Assembly: GCA_016748015.1 (NCBI GenBank)
Contig: JAAOMT010000011.1
Span: 110,735-174,734, forward strand
Direction of reading: 5' to 3'
From: Geosiphon pyriformis uo1
Lineage: Eukaryota; Fungi; Glomeromycota
DNA: 64,000 nt
Part shown: positions 36,848-48,150 of the stretch, one piece after another
Position numbering within the stretch: the first letter of the stretch is position 1
Layout: the number at the start of each line of letters is the position of its first letter
Notes under the pieces: model-generated
The model's database searches: none
Seen by the model: only the letters and a program-made list of their open reading frames with translations
Told to the model about the DNA's origin: nothing
Translations under genes and position numbers: made by a program

Positions 36848-36860
36848 AGGGAGCACCAAA
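36848..36860 (-). promoter_or_regulatory. Primer-binding site of element B
   Basis: TTTGGTGCTCCCT after the 5' LTR, complementary to a tRNA 3' end ...GGAGCACCA; tRNA identity not determined. Confidence 0.85.
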
Positions 36861-38566
36861 TGTTACAGATGATTATTTTTGCAGTGGAATTAAATAACAA
36901 ACCCATAACTTGGTGCTCAAATCAAGTTGTGGGTGATAATGATCTGAAGGTTTGTATCTGAAGGTTTTTGTATCTGAAAGTTTTGGTCAAATTTTTTGTA
37001 TAATGGACAGAGATTCAATGGTAAGAGTTTTATTCGTAACTTTCCGAAATCATAGTTTTATCAATTTTTTTCTCAGCTTGATGGCTGGTATTCTTCCTGG
37101 TAAGCCATCCTCAATTAAGTGTTCTACTCTTATTCCTGGGTCTTTTACCAGTCATGTTTATCCTGATTTCAGTGCCCCGCGCATTAATCCTCAATAGAGT
37201 TAGTAAACAACAATAAACTCAAAGCAAGAAAATGAAGAAAAGAAAAGAAAATAAAGAAAGAAAAGAAATAAGCCAAGGCAATTTACAAGTTAGTATTCCA
37301 TCAATAGCCATGATTAAGAACTATTGTTCCAGTGTGGTTAAGTGTTGATTACTATTAACATGAAATGTTGATAGTGGAAATGGATTTAAGATAACAAATA
37401 GTTATTTATTAGATGGTTGTGATTTGGCAAGTTGCTTAGATTAAATCTAAACTTGGGAGGTCTGTCTTTTCAGCTTCTAATCCTATTGCTATATATACAT
37501 AATTGAGATTCCTTAATTCCTCATTGGAGAATCCTGAAATTCCTGGAATCCTGCAATTCCTCTGAGAAGAATTCTGGAATTCCATATTTACTATGTCTAC
37601 CTCTGATTGGCTAATATTTACTAACTAATAATACTATATTTCCTATATTCTATGAGTAACACTAGACCATCCTTGACATCAATAATTCAGTGTTTAATTT
37701 CTTTAATCAGTAGTAAATCAACAAACAAAATAAAAAAAAAAAAAATAAAAATAAAATAAAAAAAATAAAAAAAATAACAAAAAAAATAAGCAATTAGTAT
37801 CTCGTCAATAGCTGTGATCAAAAGCTATTGTTCCAGTATAGTTAAGTATTAGATTTTATCAACATGAAGTGTTGATAAATGGAAGAGTGATTATATTTTC
37901 AACAAACAACAATAACATGGATTTAAAGAATTGGAGAGATCTTTTATTTATATAATTCCATTTTGGTTGATAGCAACTATCCTTGAAATGAGAATTAATA
38001 AATAGAGAAGAAAGGTGTTTGTTCTAAATTAATAAAACTCTATTGAATTCTCCAGGAATTATTTTTTCTGCTTTTAATACTTTCACTATATATATATAAT
38101 TTATGTTATATGAGATTCTGTACATTCATGAACAATGTGCCATGATTTCTCAAGCAATGCTTACATTGCTGAGCAATGTGCCTGTAATTTCTGACAATAT
38201 GCTTATTGCTGAACAATGTGCTGTAATTTTCTGATAATGCTTTATATTGTTGAGCAATGTGCTCACATGCTAAATACTATTCTCTTATTGGTCTATTTTC
38301 TCTATCTGTTTTTCCTACTATTTTCTTGTATTCTTTTTCTATGAATAACATCAGCAATTTTTCCATTAATTTTGGTGAATTTTGACTATATTAAATGATT
38401 CAAGGTATTGTGTAATTTGATCATCTTAATTTCTATAGTACAAATTGGGTTATTGATTGAGTAATAATATTTAATAATTTGGCTAATTAATAAGTAATAA
38501 TCGAAATGATAATAATATGTTACTTAATAATAAAAATTATAAAGATAATTTTATGCTAATTAATAG

Positions 38567-39274
38567 CTAAAATTCTACTGATAACATAATCTCCTCCTCA
38601 AGACTGAGCTCCATCAAAGTCCAAGTATTATCTGTGATGTCAAGATAGTGGTCCAGAATAATTGAAGTGATTTGGTCTGAAAATTGTTGAAATTTCAGTT
38701 CTGTGAGTTTGCCAATGTATTGAACTTTTATTGGTTGCAGTATTAGATTTTGTAGAACATTTTCACAAGTGTTGAACAAATCATAGAGTCTAAAAGCTGC
38801 TCTAAGTTTGTAGTGAGTGTTTGTTGGGCCAGCTGCTGTCTTAAATTCATTGTGAATTTGTTTTTGTACAGTCTTAGGAGTGATATTGGTTGCTTCAAGT
38901 TCTAGTTTTCGTTCATAAAGTGTTTTTTTAATATGAAAATATCTATATATAGTGGTATATTCATTGTTCTGTTCATTGAGAAATAATAGAAGTTTTTGTT
39001 GCAATGTGGTATTTGGTAAGATGTCAATAAGGGCAATTAAAAGATTTTCTTTCAATGTTTGCTTCAAAAGTTCTGGTAATCTATTTTCAGAGTGACTTCT
39101 TGTTTTTCTTCTATAGAAATGATAGTTCTGAGAATTATTTACTACTGGGGCTGTGGTTTTTTTCTAAATGTGATTAATTTGACTTCCATTAATTGTTATG
39201 GATAAGTCAAGAAGTGTTTTCAAGGCTAACATTAATTTTTGAGATATTTGTTGAATATTTCGAGAAATAATCAT
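38567..39274 (-). pseudogene. Element A extra ORF3 (env position), runs through the PPT into the 3' LTR
   Basis: 166-aa open part 38567-39067; in-frame ATG at 39274, with three intervening stops consistent with C>T. Confidence 0.75.
38587..38602 (-). promoter_or_regulatory. Polypurine tract of element A
   Basis: GAGGAGGAGATTA before the 3' LTR. Confidence 0.85.
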
Positions 39275-39429
39275 GATAAAATAACTAACTAATAAAGAAA
39301 AAAAATAAAAAAAATAATTTTTGGTATAAGGTTTTTATTTGTTTTTGGGTTTAAATGTTTCTTGTGATCATTTACTATTTTTGTTTTATATTTTGTCTAT
39401 ATTTTTAAAGAGATTATTATAAATATTAA

Positions 39430-42400
39430 ATTAAGTGTTCAAGTTTTGTTGTTTTATTATAACTATTGGTTCTAAATTTTGGGGAATATCTTCAGGATTA
39501 ACTAAAGGGGAATGTGTACTAATTTGTGGAATTAATGGTTCAGGATTGTTTCTAGAATGATAGTGTTTCAATCTATTTCCATGTGCAACTTTTACTAGTA
39601 CTTTGTTATCAAGTCTTAATTTGTATAATCCATTGCCTAAAATTTCGTGAATATAAAATGGTCCATCCCATTTATGTTCAAATTTTTCACTCCATTGTTT
39701 TTTAGCCTTAGTTCTGTGTAAGAGAACTTTATTTCCAACCTTAAATTCATTGGTAATTGGTGGCAGTTTGTTGTATTGTTTTTCTTTTTGTAGGGCTTAG
39801 AAGTATTTAATATGAGTGGCTGCTATGTGTCTCTTTCCTTTCAATGTGCTAAGAAGAGTGTAAGCTCTTCTTTGGAGTGTTTTTTGGAAGTTTTCTTTAT
39901 TGATTGGTTGTACTGGATATGTTTCCACTGTGAAATTAATTGGTAATGTTGCTGTCTTTCCATAAGTAAGATCAAATAGTGTGTGTTTTGTAGTATCTTG
40001 TTTTAGTATTTTGTATACTAGTAACATTGATGAAATAAAGATATCTCATTCCTGCTCAAAATCTGTTGAGACTTTGGCTAAAGATTCACACAATGTTTTG
40101 TTAAAACATTCTACAAGTCTATTTGTTTGAGAGTAATAAGATGATGATAGAGGTCTTTTGACATTGAATCATTCACAAATTTCTTGTATCAAGTTGTTCA
40201 CAAAATGTGTTTCTTGATCAGATAAAAGTTCAATTGGGCATTCATGTCTACAAATAATGTCTTCATAGATAAAATTTGCTACTGATTTTATATCTGCTCT
40301 TTGGATGGCTCTAGCTTCAGGTCATTTGGTAAGATAATCTATTGCAACTGCAATATAACAATTTCCTTGAGTTGTAATAGGTAATGGTTCAACTAGATCA
40401 ATTCCAACTCTGTCAAAAAGTTGTCCAACTTTGATTGAATTTTAAAGATTCTATAGGGTGAATTCTTCTTCTTCTTTGACAACTATCATAAGATTCTACA
40501 TATTATCAAATGTCTTTTTGCATGTGAGGCCAAAAATAATGTTCAAGAGTTCTTTGAATTGTTCCATTTCTTCTCAAGTGTGTTGAAGACAGATTTGTGT
40601 GCATATTGTATAAAATTGTTTCTTTTTTATTTTCTTGTACTAATTTGAATGGTTAATTTGGATTTTTGCAATTTTTATAATAAATTTTGTTGTGATGTAT
40701 GAAATATTGTTTTGATTGGTGTTGTAAACGATGTTTTTTACCTGGAAACCAATTTTCTGGCATGGTAAGGGTCTCCAAATAGTTTTTAAGATTGCTGTAG
40801 TTTTTGGGATTTATTGTTGTTTGGTTATTTTGTTAGTAGATTGGTAAGTTGTGGTGAAATTGTTGTTGGTGTTAATCTTGTCTCATTCTTAAGAAACTAT
40901 CAACATTAGTGTGTAGTTTTCTTGGTTTGTGGTGTACAATATATTTGTAGTCTGCTAGGAAGTCATTCCATCAAGACTGTTTGGCACTTTGTTCAGTTTT
41001 CTTTTTATTGAGCCATTTGAGACCAATATTGTCAGTTATGATGTCAAATTCTTTTCTATTCTTTAAATATTATTGAAAATGTTTAAGAGCCCAGATAACT
41101 GTAGCTGCTTCTAATTCAGTTGAGTCATATTTGAGTTCTATTAGTTTGAGTGTTTTACTAGCATAAGCAATGACTTGTTTCTGGTCATTTTTATCCAATT
41201 GTGATAGAATGGCACCAAAAGCTATATGTAAAGCATTAGTGACTAGTTAGAACTGTTTGTTGAAGTCTGGGTAAGCAAGAACTGGGGTTGTTGTCAATCT
41301 TGTTTTGAAGATTTCAAAAGCTTTTTGTTGTTCTTCTGTCCATTTGTATGGCACATTTTTGTTGGTAAGATAATTAAGTGGTTTGGCAATTTCTGAGAAT
41401 TCTTTGATAAATTTCCAATAGTAGGAGGCTAATCCTACAAATCTTTGTAGCTCTGTGATATTTTTGGGAATTTGGAAGTTTTTGACAGCACAGATTGTTC
41501 CAGGGTTTGGTTTGACTTCATTTTTGCTCACAATGTGTCCAAGAAAGATTAAGCTTGTTTTTCCAAAGTGATATTTTTCAATGTTTAATTTTAATCCTGC
41601 TTTCTGTAATTGTTGAAAAACTTCTCACAGGTGAATAAAGTGGGCTTTAAAGCTCAGTAAGTATACATCAGTGTTATCAAGATAGACAACTACTGATTGC
41701 CACAAGAACTCTTCATATACAACATCCATGAGTCACTGAAATGTTGCTGGTGCATTGCAAAGTCCAAAAGGCATAACATTGAACTCTTAGTTTTCTCCTT
41801 GAGTGGTGAATGCTGTTTTGGGTCTATCTTTTGGGTCTATTTCGACTTGCCAATATTCACTTTCCAAGTCTAAAGTCGAGAAGAACTTGGCTTTTCCTAG
41901 AGCATCTAGCATGTTATCAATTCTTGAAAGAGGGTAGACATCTCCAATTGTAACACTATTCAGTTGTCTGTAATCAACACAAAATCTGATTTTTCCGTTT
42001 TTCTTTTTAACTAAAACTACTGGTGAGGCCCATGAACTTCTTGATGGTTGAATTAATCCATTATTGAGCATTTTTTGGATCTCTTCTCTGATAAATTGGT
42101 GGCTGGCAGGTGAAACTTGATAGACTTGTTGTCATTTTGGTAGAGCATTTTTTGTGTGGATCTGATGTTGAACAATATTAGTTTTTCTTAGGTCATTGTT
42201 GTCTTTTGCAAATATATCTGCAAATTCAGCTATTAATTATTTCAATTGTCTTTGTTGTTGAGGTTCTAAGAGACCCATATTGATTCAAGAGAGTTTTTCT
42301 TCCAAAAAGTGGTAGTTTTCAGTGATTGAAATAATATTTGGATTTGGGAATAGAGTGTGCCTTACAATTTCGATGAAATTAGAGACAATTTGAGGGTTTT

Positions 42401-45400
42401 CATCTTGAAAGATATTGCTGTGTATGATTTTAATCTCTAATTTGTTTAATAAAACAATAGAGTAATTATTGGGGTTGTAGAATATAACTCAAAATTTTTT
42501 CATTCCTTTGGGAATATAAACGTTTGGAATTAAGATTTCCTGCTTCAAACAGATTTGTTCATTGAATTCAAAGATTTGTTGGGCAGTGGTAAGTTTTAAG
42601 CAAGTGTAAATTTTGTGATGTTCTCCAAAAGGTGAAATGGTAATTGGTTGGAAAAGTTGAAGAATCTGGTGGGATTCATTCTGTGCATTGAGAGCTATGT
42701 TTACTGGTACTGTATATCGTCCAGTTAAACCAAAATCTTGAGTTCCTCTTTCACTTTTTCCCAATTGTTTTCTATTCTTTACTAATTGTAAACCTGAAAT
42801 GTTGATTAAGAATAAGTAAATTGCTTGGAAAATTTTCTCAGCATGTTCAATCCTGAATGGTTTGTCTGTTTCATTTTGTAACATGATGGTAATGTTTTCA
42901 GTATATCCTGCATCTATGACTCCTCCTCTAATGTTGATTCCTTTGCTTGCCAATGATGATCTGGATGTAATTTGAATCATTGCTCCAGATAGAATTTTAA
43001 GAGCAATTTTAAGATTGATTTTTGTCAAGGACTTTGGTTGGAGAATCAAGGTGTCTTTGCCAGAATATCTAAGATCATATCCTGCATCAATTTCGTGGGC
43101 TTTTTCTGGTTTTATTCCTTGCCCATTGTTGTCAAGATATTTGAATTATATAGCAGACTGTTTTTTAATAAGATAAATTGGTGTTGTTGTGATTTTTTTC
43201 TTTGTTTCAAGTTTCCCAAATTCGATTTCTTCCTGGTCATTTTTACTGGGTAAGAGAATGCTAAGAGCATAGCATTCTGGACACCATTTGTCATCACAAG
43301 GCATGATGCATTCTTCACACAATTGAATGTTCATTTGCTCTAATTGTTGAATTTGAGCTTCTTGGATTGGATATGTGTGGCTTGCAATTTGGTGGTAGGT
43401 TTTTACTTCATCTTTATAATCAAATCCAGCTAATTTCATAGTATACTTAATGTATTCAGCTTCTTTCATTTGGTAGACATCTTCTTGTGTGGCTTCATTA
43501 ATTAATACCATTGCTAAGTCAAAAATCATTTCAGCATCATGAGGGTAGTGGTAGAGTTTATTGAGAGCACTGTTGTATGCTGCATCAAATGGTATTCCTC
43601 TTCTGACTTTTTCCAAAATTAATAGAGCATATTAACAGATTTGATCACATACTCCTCCTCTCATTGCAACATTAATCCAGTTGCATTCTTTTGATAGCAT
43701 ATCTCCATAAGTGAGACAAGATGTGTTGTCCTATTTTTCACTTCTTTTTGGAGATCCAAATCGTTTTCTATGGCATGCTTTGCAGAAGTAGTAAGTGTGA
43801 GTTTCATATTTCTCTTCTGAGGAAATACAGACTCTTATAAATGAAAGCTTCTTTTTGCAATCTTTGCATTTTAGTGGAATGTATGGTGGTTTTTTTTGTG
43901 GTTCTGGTGTAAAATATCTAACTTTCTTCCATCTTCTTGATTCTTCAAAAATCTCTTGTTCTGTTTCCTCAGCCCAATTGGATGTTAATCCAAGAGCCAT
44001 GTAGGTTTTGGTGAGTGGCATTTCTTTCTCCTCTTTAATTTCAAATACTGGGGCTTTTTCTGATCATTTGTTAAAAGTACCACAAGTAACAGGTACTATG
44101 GTGTATTGTTCTTGGTATGAGATTTTTAATTCCTGAGTTTCCCAGTTCAAGTTTGCATTGGCCTTAAAAAGCCAATTATTTTCGACTAGAGCTTAATATT
44201 GGGGTGTATCCATGACTAGAACTTTAATTAGAATGGTGATTCTATCAATGGTGAATGAGAAATTGTCAATTTCTCCTACTGGTGTCTTTTTTATACCATC
44301 TGCTGTAACAATTACAGTTTGGGCTGGTCTGTCAACAGTTTTTTGAAGCTGTTGTATTAACTAGTAGATAATAATACTTTCAGCTGATCCACTGTCTAGA
44401 ATTAGTCAAATGGGTTTTCCTTCTACTGTAGCTTCAGTGTACATGGCAGTAATAGCTTTTTGTTCATTAGCTGCTGCATTACTAAGCAAAAATGGTGATT
44501 CATTGGCTTCAAATTTGAATGGAAATATATCTGAGAGGTTGGTATTTTGGACAATTTGGGCTGGTGGAATAGTGTTGTTGTTAGAAGAATTTGATCTTAG
44601 TACTGCAACTTCACCTTCAGAAAGTGCAATTTGTTGAAAATCCGATTTTTCAGACATTGTAAGATAGCTGGATTGAGTGTAATAGTGATTGGGTCTTTGC
44701 TAACCAGAATTTCGGAGAATCAACTTGTTATTTGGGTTGATTCTGTTGTTGTTATTCTGAAATTGATTTTGGGATGTGAATGAGTTATGTTGAACCAATC
44801 TTCTGGCTGGTACTTGATATTGTTGAGTGAATGGTGTCTGATATTGCTGAATTGGTAAAGGTTGCTAATATTGTTGCTGCATTGGTTGTGGAGCTGGTTA
44901 ATAGTAACTGTTTTAATTTTGTAGTCTTGGTAAATAATAAGTTGGTAGTGGAGATTGGTAATAAAATTGTTGTAGTAAAGAGTAATGTTGATTACTCCTG
45001 TTTTGTTGGTCTCTCTGTAATTTCCTACAATCTTGTTTTCAGTGTCCTGAGATCCCACAATAATGACAACTTTAAGATTGGTTGTTGGATGATAATCCAA
45101 AGTTGTTTTGGTTGTGTCATTGTGGTGGTTAATATCTTTGGGGTTGCTGCTGTTGTTGTTGGTTTGTAAAGTAGTTTTCAACTTTCTTTGTAAGTTGGTC
45201 TATTTTCTTTTCAGCTGCTGAGCTGGTTTCTTCAATAGCTAGGTTTACAAGTTTGGTGTGGTTTGTTTCTTCCATTGTTATTTCATAGTTTTTTGCATGT
45301 CTAATAGCAGTTGCTAAGTCTGCTGGTGCATGTGAACAGACTTTTTTAATCAATTTGTCTTTTAGTTCTGCTATAAACTAATCCAGAATCTGGACATCAG

Positions 45401-46496
45401 AATAGTAGTCATTGGTTTTCAATTGTCAAATTTGTTGAAGAAGTTTGTTGAATTTCCCAAGATAAGTCATAGCAGTCTCAGATGTTTCTTGTTTGATATT
45501 GCGAAAGTGATTGTGGAGAGCAATAGAAGTATTGTTGTCAGTGAATTGTTGTAAGAAAGCATCTTTGAATGCTTGCCAGTTTTCAAACGGGTCTTTCAGG
45601 TTCTCAAACCATTCTCCTGCAGTTCCTTGGAGAAAGTATAGAATTGCTTTGAGCATTTTTGCTGCATTCCAACCATTTGCATCTCCTGCTTTCTGGACTT
45701 TGTCAAGCCATTCTTGAGGACTGGTATCATTATCTTCACCAGTAAATTCTGGAATTTTTGCAATGTAAGCAGTTGTCATTTCTTCTTTGTTTTCTGGAAT
45801 TTCTTCTGGTTCTGATTCAGTTTCTTCACTTTATAAGTTCTCTGAATGATTACTTTCGTTTTTCTGTAAGTATTCAATGATATTGGTGCTGGTTGATATT
45901 GATTCCTGCTGTTGAGTAGGATTTTTAGGTGACTGAAAATCTTCTGGTCTGGAGAAACAGTTAAGTGGTGAACTTGGTGTTTGTGGTCGAGCAAGTGAAA
46001 TTGGAAATGGTGTAATAGAAAGTGGTAATTTGACACTGGTTTCTTGTTCAGGTGTTTGCAAGTGTTTGGTGGTTGTCTTTGGTAGTATTGAAGTGTTTGG
46101 GGTGGTTCTTGAGTATTGTTTCACTTTTTGTTTGCCTTTGTTGCTTGTCTCTGTTTCTGATTCAAAGTCAAGAGAGTATTTGGGCTGTACTGGGTATTTT
46201 TCTTCACAATACTCAATAATGTTAAAATTAAGTTCTTGAAAGTAGGTAGCAAGTGTTTCACTGTTCAGGTTTTCTGTTCCCAATTGTGAATAATGCACTA
46301 AATTATTGTAGAGATTGTTTCTGACTTCTGAGATATTGTAGTTTCCAAAAAGATAGTTGTTGAGGCGATTTTCAATATATTGGTATACTGATTTCTTGAC
46401 AACTTCAATTCCGTCTGGGATGTTGAATCTTTGTTTGCAGTGGGTGTAAATTGACTGATAATACTCTAGAGTTGTTGTGTCTGGTGTGGTGGCCAC
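39430..46496 (-). pseudogene. gag-pol: Element A single-frame gag-pol: pre-Gag, capsid, CCHC, protease, Cys-rich domain, dUTPase, RT, RNase H, integrase
   Basis: ORF fragments from 46496 to 41247 share one frame; LILDSGS, WASPVVLVKKK, CVDYR, YLDN, KWDGPF. Confidence 0.95.
42715..43130 (-). pseudogene. dut: dUTPase domain in pol of element A
   Basis: Motifs DAGYDL, RSSLA, GVIDAGYTE, KIFQ, RGTQDFG. Confidence 0.92.
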
Positions 46497-46527
46497 TTTG
46501 AAGTTGTTATTGCTGTGTTATTTCTGT

Positions 46528-46541
46528 GGGAGAGCACCAAA
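46528..46541 (-). promoter_or_regulatory. Primer-binding site of element A
   Basis: TTTGGTGCTCTCCC after the 5' LTR. Confidence 0.85.
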
Positions 46542-47670
46542 TGTTACCGGAGGTTTTTGGTCTCTTTTCTTAAATGTTGGTAATATTGATTTGCTGTGAA
46601 TTCACGTTTCCAGGAAGTAGTTGGACCTCCAGTAACTGAATTTACCTTCAAATTATCTCCTATAATTTGAACTGCTGGGCTTATAAGTGGAATGGCCAAT
46701 TCCATGCCAGTTACTTTGTGTAGTTACGTTGTAGTAAACGTCAACTCTTTCCCAGGAATTGCTCATCTGGAAGCTCACTAAAATGTGTAGTTACTTTACT
46801 GTGAAAGTCAACTCTTCTACAGGAATCTTGTCTGTAGGCTACCCTAATGATTGTAATAAGAAAAGAAAAGAAAATAAAAGAAATATAAAAGAAATAGAAT
46901 TTTATCAAGGGAAACGTTTTCTATCCAGGCCTGGAGTCACTAACAGTTTATTGAAATTGGTAGCTGATCAATTTCAAAACGTTAGTTGTGTTGAGGAAAT
47001 TTCAAGTGTAATAATTTAAGAATTTGGTTTTCGAATATTTAATTTTTATTTGATTTTGTAAAGGATGATTTGTTTCAATTAAGATATCTAAAGTAAGATA
47101 CTATGGTAAGATACTATGAGAAGATATATTTTCTTGAAGAGAGAAGCTCTTCTTTTATACAACTTGTTGTAGTACTAGTCTTTGAACTTGCACTTTTCTC
47201 TTTTCTATAATTTGGGTGAACTAAAGATACATTTCGGCAAACTACAAGTTATTTCTACGAATTATTGATTATTTCCATTAATTTTGGCGAATTTTGACTA
47301 TATTAAATGGTTCAGGGTATTGTGTAATTTGATCATCTTAATTTCTATAGTACAAATCGGGTTATTGATTGAGTAATAATATTTGATAATTTGGCTAATT
47401 AATAAGTGATAATCGAAATGATAATAATATGTTACTTAATAATAAGAATTATGAAGATAATTTCATGCTAATTAATAGCTAAAATTCCACTGGTAACAAT
47501 ATATATAAAATTATAAAAATGTTAAACTATTTTTTGTTAATTTATTTGTTTTTTAAAAACAACATATTTATATTAATATTAGATTTGTATACTAAAGCTT
47601 TTTTTAATATATATTTAAATTAAACTGCAATTATCAACTTATTTATTACCAAAATAATTAATAAAAATAT

Positions 47671-48150
47671 TGTTATAGTTAAAAGCCATAATTTTTATTA
47701 ATTATTATATGTATTAGTTACTAATATTATATAATTAGCTACTTTATTTTTAGAAAGTAATTAATGACCTAATTATTGACTTAATTAATAACTTGATTAT
47801 TAACTATTTTGAATAGCTATATAAGTAATATTTTTTTTTAGTTTTAAAAAAGCATGTTTATATATATAAGACATATATAAATCAAAATAATAAAAATTAT
47901 TTCTTAAAAATATTCAATCTTTTTTAATTTATTTATTTCTCTTTCCTAATCTTTTTTAAATATTTGAACATTTTTATTATAAAAATTTATTTGTTGATAT
48001 TTATCTATAATTGTTAATTTTGAAAATTATTAAATAAATATTATTGAAAAATATAATTAATACTTAATATTAAATTTTAAGAACACTAACATAAAACATA
48101 GAATTATACCAGTATGTTATTTTTTGTTAATAAAAATAATTCAAAGTATA
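47671..48150 (+). mobile_element. Partial degenerate family E LTR
   Basis: Starts TGTTATAG; reverse-complement match to 5480-6009. Confidence 0.6.

Larger units (their letters stand above)
27621..37661 (-). mobile_element. Full-length Ty3/Gypsy LTR retrotransposon B (3' LTR 27621-28414; 5' LTR 36861-37661)
   Basis: Paired ~800-bp LTRs, degenerate TSD CCAA/CTAG, PBS TGGTGCTCCCTGT, PPT AAAAGGAGGG. Confidence 0.95.
27326..38350 (-). mobile_element. Solo LTR C (27326-27620 + 37662-38350), related to LTR B, inserted in the 3' LTR of A and split by element B
   Basis: TGTTACA...AATAACA termini, TCAG TSD (27322-25/38351-54). Confidence 0.88.
26585..47498 (-). mobile_element. Full-length Ty3/Gypsy LTR retrotransposon A (3' LTR 26585-27325 + 38351-38586; internal 38587-46541; 5' LTR 46542-47498)
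   Basis: Paired ~960-bp LTRs, ATAT TSD (26581-84/47499-502), PBS, PPT, domain order gag-PR-RT-RH-IN. Confidence 0.95.

Noticed and set aside
36952-37197. ORFs inside LTRs (also 27527, 46759, 1507)
   Set aside because: Not consistently open between paired LTRs and no recognisable motifs
28434-39274. ORF3s as true envelope genes
   Set aside because: Too short; no signal peptide, furin site or TM helix evident
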